A stretch of 64,000 bases of DNA from an uncultured Oscillospiraceae bacterium (GTDB lineage Bacteria; Bacillota; Clostridia; Christensenellales; Aristaeellaceae). Where the stretch lies: NCBI GenBank assembly GCA_964554795.1, contig CAZKQB010000009.1:6719-70718 (forward strand), given 5' to 3'. A model generated the notes under the pieces. The model made no database searches. It worked only from the letters and a program-made list of their open reading frames with translations, and was not told where the DNA came from. A program made the translations under genes and the position numbers. Below, in pieces: positions 44,694 through 54,603 of this stretch (within the stretch, counting starts at the first letter, position 1; each line of letters starts with the position of its first letter).

Positions 44694-46526
44694 ATGCATG
44701 TGATTGCTCCTGAAAACCGCGAGGCTTTGATGGAGATGCTTGCCGGCATGAACGAGCGCTACAGCGAAAAATGGAAATGCCCGACAAGCTACCTGTCCAA
44801 GGCAAACTACCATACCCGCCTGGCCCGAAGCGAGGTGCACTCCACAACGGAGGCGTTCCGCTATGCCGCGGCGCTGCTGCTCACCGGTGATGAAGCGGAT
44901 CGCAGGCGCGCCGAGGAGGTGCTGTGGCATGTCGCGTCGCTTCAGGATACCGATCCTACCAACGCGACCTACGGCATCTGGTCGTGGTACATGGAGGAGC
45001 CGCTTTCGCAGATGAACCCGCCGGACTGGAATTGGGCCGACTTCTGCGGCCGTGAAATTCTCAAGGTGCTTGAATATCATGGCGACCGCATTTCTCACAG
45101 CTTGTATGCTTTCCTTGAGGAGGCGCTGCGCCATGCTTGCCTGTCCATTTACCGGCGCAACGTGTCCTTCAGCTACACCAATATATCGATTATGGGCGCC
45201 TATGTGACGCTGCATGCTGGGCAGATGCTCTCGTGGCCATGGTTGTTTCACTATGGTGCGCAGCGGCTGAGGAAGCAGTGGGAATTTGCGATGAAAACTG
45301 GCAGCTTCTCCGAATACAACAGCGCGACCTATACCCGCGTCGCCATCGAATGCCTGACGTGCATCCACGATGTGATTCGCGACTGCGACGTTCTGCGCAT
45401 GGCGGAGGATCTGCTCGACCTTGCGTGGCGTACGGTTGCCGGGCACTTCCACGCGCCCACGAAGCAGTGGTGCGGCCCGAATGCGCGCAGCTATACGTGG
45501 CTGACCAACGCAGAAACATTGTCCTTTCTGGAGGAGGGGGTGGAGCGTACGGTTCCGCTTGCCGGGGATGCCTATGTCTTTAATCCTGATTGGGCCTATA
45601 TGCGCCTTAATTGCCCGGAAAAATACCGCGGCGCGTTTACCGTATGCACGCCGCACGACGAGGCGCTTTCCTTCCGCGTGATGGGCGCGTTTGTGGAAGC
45701 GCTGGAGGATGCGTACGCGTTCTGTCATATGGAGGAGGACTACGCATTGGCTTCATGGGGCGTGTCAACCACGTGGAATCAGCGCCGCAATTTGCTTGGC
45801 TACTGGGGCGGCAAGGAAACGCGCTTCATAAACGCCAGCATTTTGCGTAACCGCTATGATTTCTCCAGCGGTCTTCTGACTACCGCGCAGAAGGACGGAC
45901 ACGCGCTGGTAATCGCCAGCATGGTTTCCGACGGCGGCGATACCCATTGCAATCTGGACATGATCAAAAACGAAACTATCCGTGCCTATGACCTGCGCGT
46001 GCGTATCGAGATCGGCGGTAGCTATGACGGCAGATGGGAGGTCGACGGGGACGTTGCCGTGTTTACCGACAGTGCAAGGCGCATCGTCGTTTGTCTGAAA
46101 GACGCCTCCTTTAACGGATGCCGGCCGCACTTTTCCGTGACGGATTCGGATGAGGAGACGGCGCTTCTTGAAACGCATGCCGATTTGCATCGTCGGTTCA
46201 TTCCGGCGGACAGGGAAGCCTTGCGCCGCCAGGTGACGACGCAGAACAGTGCATCCCTGCAGCAGGAGGTTTCCCGAAGCTATCTGGATGTTGTGTGGTA
46301 CGAGGGCGAGGAAACGGAAATCAGGCTTTCGGAGCTTAAGGATGCGTTTGCGGTTCTGTATGTATCCCTGGACGGCGTTCAGCCTAAAGCGTGTAATGTA
46401 CAAGTGGAGAACGGAAGGGTTTCTGCTTTTGCAGAGCTGGAGGCCCACACGCTTTCCGTCAGCGCACCGGCGAAATGCGTATCGCGCTTTGCGTTCGCTG
46501 CCACGCATCAGGTACAACAGGCATAA
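44694..46526 (+). CDS. hypothetical 610-aa protein, no family recognised (possibly helical toroid plus beta-sandwich; candidate polysaccharide lyase by context)
   Basis: GGAGG 8 nt upstream. The N-terminal half is helix-rich and Trp/Tyr-rich; the C-terminal half looks beta-rich. Sits immediately upstream of a GH105/88 gene. Confidence 0.6.
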   Translation: MHVIAPENREALMEMLAGMNERYSEKWKCPTSYLSKANYHTRLARSEVHSTTEAFRYAAALLLTGDEADRRRAEEVLWHVASLQDTDPTNATYGIWSWYMEEPLSQMNPPDWNWADFCGREILKVLEYHGDRISHSLYAFLEEALRHACLSIYRRNVSFSYTNISIMGAYVTLHAGQMLSWPWLFHYGAQRLRKQWEFAMKTGSFSEYNSATYTRVAIECLTCIHDVIRDCDVLRMAEDLLDLAWRTVAGHFHAPTKQWCGPNARSYTWLTNAETLSFLEEGVERTVPLAGDAYVFNPDWAYMRLNCPEKYRGAFTVCTPHDEALSFRVMGAFVEALEDAYAFCHMEEDYALASWGVSTTWNQRRNLLGYWGGKETRFINASILRNRYDFSSGLLTTAQKDGHALVIASMVSDGGDTHCNLDMIKNETIRAYDLRVRIEIGGSYDGRWEVDGDVAVFTDSARRIVVCLKDASFNGCRPHFSVTDSDEETALLETHADLHRRFIPADREALRRQVTTQNSASLQQEVSRSYLDVVWYEGEETEIRLSELKDAFAVLYVSLDGVQPKACNVQVENGRVSAFAELEAHTLSVSAPAKCVSRFAFAATHQVQQA

Positions 46527-46543
46527 GACAGGAGGAAAGATGC

Positions 46544-47677
46544 ATGAACACCTATCCGAAGACACCCCTTGGCTACGCCCGCATGGCATGCGACACCATG
46601 ATTCGCCGCTACGATGTGAATCGGCTTCCTCCGCAGGAGGGGCTCAATCGTGCCACGTTCAATTACCATCAGGGCGTGTTCCTTACTGGCATGAACCGCG
46701 TGTACGATCTGTGCCATGACGAACGCTATCTGGATTACATACGGCGTTGGGTCGAAGCTGTGCAGGATGAAAACGGCCGCATCCGCGAATACACCGGCTG
46801 GCTTTCGCTGACTACGCTGGATTTTCGCCAGCCCGGAAACGTACTGTGTGATTTGTATGAGAAAACGCACGACGCGCATCTGCTTGACTTGATCGGGTAT
46901 CTGACCGAAAGTCTTGCCGACTATCCGAAAAACGAATACGGCGGCTTCTGGCATTTCTTCACTACGCCCGATCAGATGTGGCTGGACGGCCTGTATATGG
47001 CTGGGCCTTTGCTGGTGAAATATGCGAGCTACACCGGAAAGGAGGAATTCCGCGAGCTGGCGATTCGGCAGATTTTCCTGATGTACGAGCATATGCGAGA
47101 TCCCGAATCCGGCCTGCTGCGCCACGGCTGGGATCCCGGCAAACATGCCGGGTGGGCAGATTTCGAAACCGGCCTGTCACCGGAGGTATGGGGACGTGCC
47201 TGCGGCTGGTTTGTACTGGCCATCGCCGACATGCTGGACTACATTCCGCAGGAGCACCCGCGCCGCGGCGAAATCATAGACATTCAGCGGGAGCTGATTG
47301 CCACGGTGCTGAAGCATCAGTCCGACGAGGGCCGCTGGTATGAGGTTGTGGATAAGTGGAGGGAGCCCGGAAACTGGCCGGAAAACAGCTGTACCTGCCT
47401 GTTTGCTTATTCGATTGCCAAGGGCGTTCGGCAGGGCTATATTGCCTGCGAAGCCTATAAGGCGGCCCGGCGCGCCTATGACCGCGTGATCGAAACGCTG
47501 CTGCCTGCGCAGGAGGGCGAATTCTCGCTCGGCAATGTGTGCGTGGGCACCTGTATTGAGGAAGGCACCTACGATTATTATATCCATCGGGATACCGTCG
47601 AAAACGATCTGCACGGTATGGGCGCGTTTCTGCTGATGGCCTCCGAAATGGCGCGGCTCGAGGAACAGGAGGGCTGA
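46544..47677 (+). CDS. GH105/GH88 unsaturated glycuronyl (rhamnogalacturonyl/glucuronyl) hydrolase, YteR/YesR-like
   Basis: ORF 46475..47677. ATG at 46544 follows AGGAGGAAAG. Motifs NYHQGVFLTGM, QMWLDGLYMAGP, RHGWD. An (alpha/alpha)6-type sequence. Confidence 0.8.
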   Translation: MNTYPKTPLGYARMACDTMIRRYDVNRLPPQEGLNRATFNYHQGVFLTGMNRVYDLCHDERYLDYIRRWVEAVQDENGRIREYTGWLSLTTLDFRQPGNVLCDLYEKTHDAHLLDLIGYLTESLADYPKNEYGGFWHFFTTPDQMWLDGLYMAGPLLVKYASYTGKEEFRELAIRQIFLMYEHMRDPESGLLRHGWDPGKHAGWADFETGLSPEVWGRACGWFVLAIADMLDYIPQEHPRRGEIIDIQRELIATVLKHQSDEGRWYEVVDKWREPGNWPENSCTCLFAYSIAKGVRQGYIACEAYKAARRAYDRVIETLLPAQEGEFSLGNVCVGTCIEEGTYDYYIHRDTVENDLHGMGAFLLMASEMARLEEQEG

Positions 47678-47949
47678 CGGTTTTCCGGGCGGATTGCGTT
47701 GGCTGTGGTAAAGAGAGAAATTGTGTTGATTTCGCGGGAAAAGCGCCTCGGGTGTTATCCGTCTTACGCGCTTTCGTACGGCTGAAATACGCCGTTCACG
47801 GTGCAGTCACAAAGAACGGATCAGCTTTTTGCGCGGAGGAAGGTTGCGCGTTCGTCTTCGATAGAAAAATAAATGCAGGCAAAGCATGGAGCTTGCGGCT
47901 GAAATCTGCTATAATAGATGCATACCTAAGAAAAGGAGCGGACAGAGAA

Positions 47950-48729
47950 ATGGCGAATAAAGTGGTTCTGATTCTGGTGGACGGCATGCGTCCCGACGCC
48001 GTATTGACCTGTGGAAACGAGAAAATGAAGGATCGGATCAAGGAATGCGCGTATACGCTGCATGCGCGCACGGTTATGCCGTCGGTTACGCTTCCGTGCC
48101 ATATGTCGCTGTTCCATTCTGTGGATCCCGACCGTCATGGCATTCTGACCAATACCTACGTTCCGCAGGTGCGACCCGTTGAGGGACTGTTCGAGCGGCT
48201 TGATCTGGCGGGAAAGAAAAATGCGATGTTCTATACGTGGGAGGAGCTGAGAGATCTGGCCCGCATGGATCATCTGCATCGTCTGGAGATGTACAACCAG
48301 CACAAGGAGCTGGATACCGACCGGAAGATCACCACGGCGGCCATCCGGTATATTCATGAAGAGAAGCCGGATTTCCTGTTTCTGTATCTGGGCGAAACCG
48401 ATGAGCGCGGCGGACACGATACCGGCTGGATGAGCGAGACCTATATGAAGGTCGTAAGCAACGCGCTGGATCAGGTAGAGCGCGTGTACAATGAAATTCC
48501 CGCCGAGTACGATGTAATTCTTGTTGCCGACCACGGTGGACATGACCGCAGCCATGGCACCGAACGGCCTGAGGATATGACGATCCCGATGATCTGTCGC
48601 GGCCCGCATTTTGAGGCCGGGCGCGATCTGGGCAAACGATCCATCAAGGATATCGCTCCCACGATTGCCGAGCTGCTCGGCGCAGCTCCTGCGCGAGAGT
48701 GGGAAGGCCATTCGTTCCTTGGAAAGTAA
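47950..48729 (+). CDS. alkaline-phosphatase-superfamily protein (nucleotide pyrophosphatase/phosphodiesterase-like)
   Basis: ORF 47752..48729. Start MANKVVLILVDGMRPD... Metal-ligand-type motifs VDGMRPD, TLPCHMS, ADHGGHD. Confidence 0.75.
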   Translation: MANKVVLILVDGMRPDAVLTCGNEKMKDRIKECAYTLHARTVMPSVTLPCHMSLFHSVDPDRHGILTNTYVPQVRPVEGLFERLDLAGKKNAMFYTWEELRDLARMDHLHRLEMYNQHKELDTDRKITTAAIRYIHEEKPDFLFLYLGETDERGGHDTGWMSETYMKVVSNALDQVERVYNEIPAEYDVILVADHGGHDRSHGTERPEDMTIPMICRGPHFEAGRDLGKRSIKDIAPTIAELLGAAPAREWEGHSFLGK

Positions 48730-48738
48730 GCGTGCATA

Positions 48739-48779
48739 AGAAAACGGACGGAGGAGACAATCTCTTCCGTTCGTTTTCT
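48739..48779. terminator. bidirectional hairpin between convergent genes
   Basis: AGAAAACGGACGGAGG...CTTCCGTTCGTTTTCT, 14 of 16 complementary, with T/A-rich ends. Confidence 0.65.
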
Positions 48780-48786
48780 TATACGA

Positions 48787-49791
48787 CTACGCCATGGTTT
48801 TCAACTGCTCCTTTGAGACCGCGTGGCGAAGGGGAAGCCCCGCGAGCCAGCGATCGAGCTCCTCCAGAAGCAGATCGTCGTAGGCAAGCACCTCCAGACG
48901 ACCGACGCCTGCGATGTGCGGAGTCAGCGTCAAATTCGGAAGTGTCCAGAACTCGTGCTCCGGCGCAAGAGGCTCGTCTCGCGTAACGTCCAGAAGCGCC
49001 CAACGCGTCGGCGCCTCGCGCAGTGCCCGCGCCAGATCAGCCTCTACTACCTGTGCGCCGCGTCCGGTGTTGATGAAGGCTGCGTCTGGCTTCATGCGGG
49101 AAAACAGCGAATAGTTCAGCATATCCACGGTCTGCGGGTTGTTAGCAAGGTGGTTGGAAATGACGTCGCTTTCAGCGAACAGCGTTTCAAGGCTCACCCT
49201 TTTCGCCTTCAGCTCGGCTGCACGCGCGTTGCTGATGAAGGGATCGAATACCAAAATTTCGAACGGGTATGCGTTCAGCTGCTGAATTACGCGCGAGCCA
49301 ATTGCGCCAGCACCGATGATGCCGATTTTCGTTCCGTAGTTGCCTGGGCATTGGAACTGACTGTAGGCCTTGCCTTTGTCAAATTGGCCGTCCCGGTACA
49401 GGCTTGCGGAGCGATAAAAGCCCTTGTTCAGGTGGTAGATGGCAGCGACGGTGTACTGCGTCACGAAGTCGGCCATGGCCTGCGCAGCGGTGACGATCGT
49501 TACGCCCGCGTCCAGATAGCCCTCGGCAAAATAGCGCACCGATGCGGCTGAATACAGGATCAGCCGTAGCCGCGGGAAGAATTCACGAACCTGTACTTTC
49601 GTCAGCGCGGGCATTCCCCACGTGGACAGGATGACCTCTACCTCGGCTAACTGCGCGCGTTTTTTATTCAGTTCGCTGAGAAGCACGGGCTCTGCGAGAA
49701 GCTCCAGACGCTTTTCAAATTCGTTGCGTCGTCCGTCAAATACAAAGCGTAGCCGATTTTCGGGATTGGAGGTGAAATAACAGGCTTTCAT
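48787..49791 (-). CDS. D-isomer-specific 2-hydroxyacid dehydrogenase family protein
   Basis: 334 aa. GIIGAGAIGSRV Rossmann motif. C-terminal FINTGRGAQV...LTPHIAG. Last gene of the ABC operon. Confidence 0.8.
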   Translation of the reverse strand: MKACYFTSNPENRLRFVFDGRRNEFEKRLELLAEPVLLSELNKKRAQLAEVEVILSTWGMPALTKVQVREFFPRLRLILYSAASVRYFAEGYLDAGVTIVTAAQAMADFVTQYTVAAIYHLNKGFYRSASLYRDGQFDKGKAYSQFQCPGNYGTKIGIIGAGAIGSRVIQQLNAYPFEILVFDPFISNARAAELKAKRVSLETLFAESDVISNHLANNPQTVDMLNYSLFSRMKPDAAFINTGRGAQVVEADLARALREAPTRWALLDVTRDEPLAPEHEFWTLPNLTLTPHIAGVGRLEVLAYDDLLLEELDRWLAGLPLRHAVSKEQLKTMA

Positions 49792-49797
49792 GACGAA

Positions 49798-50703
49798 TCA
49801 TCCTTTCACCGACCCGATCATGACGCCCTTCACGAAGAAGCGCTGCAGGAACGGGTACAAAAGCATGATGGGAGCGGTGGAAATAACGATCAGCGCGTAT
49901 TTGATGACCGTCGCGGCGGCAATTTCACTGCCTGCGTCCATGCCGCTTGCCATTTCAGAGTCTTCTCCCAGAATCAGCACCTGCCTGAGCACCAACTGTA
50001 GCGGGAAGCGGCTGGGAGACTGAATATACAGCGAGGCATTGAACCATGCATTCCAGTGCCCAACAGCGTAGTACAGCATCAATACTGCGGAGGTTGCGCC
50101 CGTCAGCGGCACGACGACATGCAGGATGCGCTGAAAATGCGAGGCACCGTCCAGCTTTGCGGCCTCCATCAGCGCGTCCGGCAGCGCGCCGATGGCGCTG
50201 CGCATGATCAGCATGTTGTAGGTGCTGATGGCGCCGGGAAGAATCAGCGCCCAGAGCGTGTTCATCAGGTGCAGCGACTTGATGTTCAGGTAACCGGGTA
50301 CGATGCCGCCGCTGAAGTACATGGTGAACAGAATCAGGTAGGCAATCGGCTTTTTGAGCAGACTGTTTTTCAGGGACAGCAGATATGCGCCCAGCACCGT
50401 AAGCACCATGTTGAATGCGAGACCCACGACCACGATGAATAGCGTGTTTCCAAACCCGCTGAGCAGCAAGCTGTGTCGAAATACCATGCGGTAGGAGGTT
50501 AGCGAAAGCGGGAAGTGCGGCAGCCACATAAGGCCGTAGTTGGCAACCATTTTTGTCGGGTCGCTAATGGAGGCGATGATGACGAAGTATACGGGATATG
50601 CAGTCAGAAACAGAATCAAGAGGAGCAGGACCGTATTGAAGACGGAGAATACCCGATAACCCGTTCCCTCATCCAGACAGGAGTTTTTGCGTCTTGCAGC
50701 CAT
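49798..50703 (-). CDS. carbohydrate ABC transporter permease (LplC-like)
   Basis: 301 aa. Paralogous in pattern to 2441..3370 (ends FLQRFFVKGVMIGSVKG). Confidence 0.85.
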   Translation of the reverse strand: MAARRKNSCLDEGTGYRVFSVFNTVLLLLILFLTAYPVYFVIIASISDPTKMVANYGLMWLPHFPLSLTSYRMVFRHSLLLSGFGNTLFIVVVGLAFNMVLTVLGAYLLSLKNSLLKKPIAYLILFTMYFSGGIVPGYLNIKSLHLMNTLWALILPGAISTYNMLIMRSAIGALPDALMEAAKLDGASHFQRILHVVVPLTGATSAVLMLYYAVGHWNAWFNASLYIQSPSRFPLQLVLRQVLILGEDSEMASGMDAGSEIAAATVIKYALIVISTAPIMLLYPFLQRFFVKGVMIGSVKG

Positions 50704-50719
50704 GCTGTTTTCCTCCCTT

Positions 50720-51664
50720 CTACCAGAGACCTATGCCCGAGAGTCGGTTGCTGAGCGCATTGGCGGATATGACCAGAACGAAGTTGATGACAGAATTGAA
50801 AAGACCGATGGCTGTGCCGAAGCTCCAGTCGCCCTGCACAAGGCCACGGCGGTATACATAGCTGGAAATAACGTCCGCCGTGTCGTACACGCGCTCGTTG
50901 TAAAGCAGAATGATCTTCTCGTGACCTACGCTCATGAGATTGCCGATGCGCAGAATCAGTAGCATGACAACGGTGCTCAGAATGCCAGGCAGGGTGATGT
51001 GCAGCGTCTGCTGGAAGCGTCCCGCGCCGTCCACGCGCGCTGCCTCATACAGCTGCATGTCGATGGAGGTCAGCGCTGCGATATAGATGATGCAATCCCA
51101 GCCGAGGTTCTGCCAGATGCCGGAAATTACGTAGATGGGAACGAACATGCTCTTTTCGTTTAGAAGGTTCCCGCCAAGACCGTTGTAGCCGAAAAAGGAC
51201 ATGATCTGCACGATAAACGAGTTTCCGTCGGTAAACAGGCGCACCATGGAGCACACGACTACCATGGAAATAAAGTGGGGCATGTAGGAAATCGTCTGCA
51301 CCGTTTTACGGAAGCGGTCATTCTTTACCTCGTTGATCAGAAGCGCGAAGAGAATCGGAAGGGGAAACGCGAAGATCAGCGAGGAAATGCTGATGACCAG
51401 CGTGTTTTTCACCAGACGCAGGAAATAATAGGAGCTAAAGAATTCGGAAAAATAGCGAACGCCGATCCATTTGCTGCCCCATATGCCCTTGCTGGAGGAA
51501 AAATCCTTAAATGCGATCACGGCGCCAACCATAGGCTTATAATGGAACAAGAGGTAATATACGAGCACGGCAAGCGCCAGAAGGTAGGCACCGCCATTTT
51601 CAATCCAGTCCTTTTTCAGCCGCACCGTGATGCCCCGGGTACTGTCTTTTGGGTATCTGCTCAT
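50720..51664 (-). CDS. sugar ABC transporter permease (LplB-like)
   Basis: ORF 50720..51736. Start MSRYPKDSTRG...LKKDWIENGGAYLLALAVLVYYLLFHYKPMVGAVIAFKDF. Confidence 0.85.
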   Translation of the reverse strand: MSRYPKDSTRGITVRLKKDWIENGGAYLLALAVLVYYLLFHYKPMVGAVIAFKDFSSSKGIWGSKWIGVRYFSEFFSSYYFLRLVKNTLVISISSLIFAFPLPILFALLINEVKNDRFRKTVQTISYMPHFISMVVVCSMVRLFTDGNSFIVQIMSFFGYNGLGGNLLNEKSMFVPIYVISGIWQNLGWDCIIYIAALTSIDMQLYEAARVDGAGRFQQTLHITLPGILSTVVMLLILRIGNLMSVGHEKIILLYNERVYDTADVISSYVYRRGLVQGDWSFGTAIGLFNSVINFVLVISANALSNRLSGIGLW

Positions 51665-51809
51665 ATCGTTTCCATACCGTTGCGGTTGCCGGTAGCATGA
51701 AAAATGAAAATGAAAAATGCACCGCTCGATTTGCATTTTTCAGAGTACGTGCGAAAAGCGCGTTGTGGGCGGAGCAAGCTCCGCCCACAGCAGACAGAAG
51801 GAAAAGAGA

Positions 51810-53369
51810 TTATTCGAAGTAGGGATCGATGGATGCCTGCATGATTTCGATGTAGCGATCCATGCCCAACTGGCTGAGACCGTCGATGTAGGCGTCGAAG
51901 TTGTCAAGGGATTCGGTGCCGGAGATGAAGTTTGCGATATGCTCCTTCAGGTAGGTCTGCAGCTCCGTCCAGATGCGGGTGTATTCTGCCTGCATGTCAG
52001 AGGGAATGCTGCTGTAGGAGATCATGTAGTCGTTATACTGGCTGTCCGCCCAGATTTCGCAGGCGTCGCGCTGCTCCTGCATCGGGAAGCGGTTCTCGGA
52101 GAACTCGCGGCGATGGATGCAGCTCCAGTTGACCAGACCATAGGAACGGGCGATGGGGTCGATGGCGAAGCCGTCGGGATTATGCGCCATGAAGTCGGTT
52201 AGCACGACCTTGCCGTCGGCGTCGTAGTTGTACGTTACGCCCTCAATGCCGTAGTTGGCCAGATCCATGCCCTTGGGGGAATACAGATAGTCGAAGAAAC
52301 GACAGGCCGCCTCGACATCCTTGCAGGCCTTGGTGATGAAGCACCAGTTGCCGTTGTTGGTGATGGTGGTTGCATAGCTCATGTAGGCCTTTTCGCCTTC
52401 ATTCGCCGTCAGCGACGGAATGGCGATCAGCTGGAAGCCCTCTTCCGTGGCGGCGTTGGTAATCACCTGGAAGCGGGAAACCATAGCAGAAATGGCAGCG
52501 CTGGTTCCATTGGACATGGCGGCAACGGCGGTGGCGTTGTCGGTCACGGCGAAGTTCGGGTCGAACAGGCCGTCCGCATACAGCTGATGCATGTACTCGA
52601 GGTAGTCCTTGAATTCTGGCTCATAGGCGCCGAAGTGGAACTCGCCGTTCACCTGGTAATTCGATGCGCAGGGCAGACCGAATGCGGAGGAGAAGTAGCC
52701 GTAGTTCCAAATGAACTCGTTCATGTTGTTCGCAGACATCAGAGGAGTCTCCACGCCCAGTTCACTTTTGCAGCGGGACAGATACTCGGTGAAGTCATCC
52801 AGCGTCGTAATGGATTCAATGTCCAGCTTGTCCATAAAATCCTTGCGGACGATGAGGCCGGCGAAGTTGCGGAACGGAGAATCGGAGGGATAGAAGTTGC
52901 CGGCAAAGGCGATATGGGACAGCTTGCCATCGAGGTCGACCAGCGCGGATTTCATGCTGGCCTCGTCTCCGGACAGAAACGCCCAGTAGTTCGGCGCGTA
53001 CTCGGGCAGAAGCTCATCCAGCTTCACGGCGACGCCGTCCTCGATCATGCCGGAAAAGCCCTTGCTGTAGAAGCCCTTATCGGCGCGGATCATGTCCGGA
53101 AGATCGCCGCTGGAGAGCAGAAGCAGAAGCGCGCTCGCGTCAACGGCCTCCGTTACTTTCACGTTGACGCCCGTGGCTTCCTGCCATGCCTTGAAGCCGG
53201 GAGTGTCATTGTAGCTGCTGTAGCCAAAAAGAGAAATGTCGGCATCGACGGTCGTCCACAGATTCAGGGTGGGTCTGTCCTGCATGGGGTAAATGTCTTC
53301 GGCAATGGCTGCAAAGGCTGACAGAGCCAGCAGCAGCGCAATGGTCAAGGAGAGGACTCGACGTGTCAT
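51810..53369 (-). CDS. extracellular solute-binding protein (LplA-like)
   Basis: ORF 51810..53429. Start MTRRVLSLTIALLLALSAFAAIA (signal peptide, no lipobox Cys). About 520 aa. Confidence 0.85.
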   Translation of the reverse strand: MTRRVLSLTIALLLALSAFAAIAEDIYPMQDRPTLNLWTTVDADISLFGYSSYNDTPGFKAWQEATGVNVKVTEAVDASALLLLLSSGDLPDMIRADKGFYSKGFSGMIEDGVAVKLDELLPEYAPNYWAFLSGDEASMKSALVDLDGKLSHIAFAGNFYPSDSPFRNFAGLIVRKDFMDKLDIESITTLDDFTEYLSRCKSELGVETPLMSANNMNEFIWNYGYFSSAFGLPCASNYQVNGEFHFGAYEPEFKDYLEYMHQLYADGLFDPNFAVTDNATAVAAMSNGTSAAISAMVSRFQVITNAATEEGFQLIAIPSLTANEGEKAYMSYATTITNNGNWCFITKACKDVEAACRFFDYLYSPKGMDLANYGIEGVTYNYDADGKVVLTDFMAHNPDGFAIDPIARSYGLVNWSCIHRREFSENRFPMQEQRDACEIWADSQYNDYMISYSSIPSDMQAEYTRIWTELQTYLKEHIANFISGTESLDNFDAYIDGLSQLGMDRYIEIMQASIDPYFE

Positions 53370-53462
53370 GGGCAAATCATTTCCTTTCGTTAAATTACAC
53401 TGGATTAACGATGCAACCAAATACATCATATGATTGGTTGCAAGTTGTCCGTGCTGACAATA

Positions 53463-53491
53463 ATTCTACGAAAGAAAAAACGACGTGTCAA
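53463..53491 (-). promoter_or_regulatory. promoter of the second ABC operon
   Basis: On the - strand: TTGACA, 17-nt spacer, TAGAAT. The leader carries a CAACCAA...TTGGTTG 7-bp inverted repeat (53417-53445). Confidence 0.55.
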
Positions 53492-53569
53492 CGACCTTCT
53501 GCGGCTATTTCCAGATATTTCGAGTGAGTTAGTTTTGAAAAGTATAATTCATACTCAGATATGTGCAAT

Positions 53570-54370
53570 TCATGATTTGGCATGCTTTTTCCGGTATTCG
53601 CCGGGCGTACGGCCTGTATTTTTTTTGAAAACTCGGCTGAAGTAATACTCATTCTGAAACCCGGAAAGCATTGCGATGTCTCGCAGCGGAGAATCGGTAT
53701 AGCAGATCAGCTGCTTGGCGTATTCGATTCGGGCCTTGATGATATCCTGCTTGAGTGACAGACCATAGCGCTCGCGGTACAGGATGTTGAGCCACGTGGT
53801 GCTCAGGTGCAGATCGTCCGCGATCTTTTCAACCGTCCACGGGTGTGTGACGTCGTTATAGATATTGAAATGCAGCGTGGCGATTTCGTCGTAGTGCCGG
53901 GAGTAGGCGGCGTTTTGCGCGTTCGGAGACATACGTATCCCGCGAGAAAGGTAGATCATCATTTGCCGGAAAATCAGGCTTTCCAGCTCAGTATCCGCTT
54001 TTTCAGGGCGGATTTTCTCGGAATACATCATTACAAACAGCTCGGTAAGGCTGTTTGGAGCGTCCGGATGATATACGCGATTGGCACGAATATTGTATTG
54101 GTCCAGAATCGATTGAACGTCATCACCCTCCAGAAACATCCAATTGTTGCGCATGATTGCATTCTCGTTGTGCGCGTTTAGAATTCTGGGCGTTCTTGGC
54201 AGATAAAGGACGCAGTCGTTTACTTCCACACGCCGGATGCCGCTCTCCGTGCTTATGATCGCCGGTGTGAGCATTTGCATAAATACATAGCTCGGTGTTC
54301 TGTCCGAAATACGCCGCTTTTCGCCGGGAAAGTGGTTTGTACCAAGCCCCATGGTGATCAGGTGAAACAT
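53570..54370 (-). CDS. AraC family transcriptional regulator (cupin-like sensor + HTH)
   Basis: ORF 53570..54457. ATG at 54370 follows GGAGG. C-terminal HTH: IADDLHLSTTWLNILYRERYG...LSGFQNEYYFSRVFKK. Confidence 0.85.
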   Translation of the reverse strand: MFHLITMGLGTNHFPGEKRRISDRTPSYVFMQMLTPAIISTESGIRRVEVNDCVLYLPRTPRILNAHNENAIMRNNWMFLEGDDVQSILDQYNIRANRVYHPDAPNSLTELFVMMYSEKIRPEKADTELESLIFRQMMIYLSRGIRMSPNAQNAAYSRHYDEIATLHFNIYNDVTHPWTVEKIADDLHLSTTWLNILYRERYGLSLKQDIIKARIEYAKQLICYTDSPLRDIAMLSGFQNEYYFSRVFKKNTGRTPGEYRKKHAKS

Positions 54371-54603
54371 ACCTTGCACCTCCGTCTGAGGATCGTTCGC
54401 CGCGCGCGGCAGAAGCTGTCTGGTGCTTATTATACCGATAGCGAAACGTGCCTGCAAGTGCTCGGCGCATCTTCTCCGTTTTTGATAGCAAAACAGCTGA
54501 AAACTTGCGAAAATTATAAAAAAATGTTGAAACGTGCATTGCTTCTTCCGCGAAGATCGGTTATGATGAAAATGATTTTGAAAAAGAAAGGGGCCTGTTT
54601 TTA

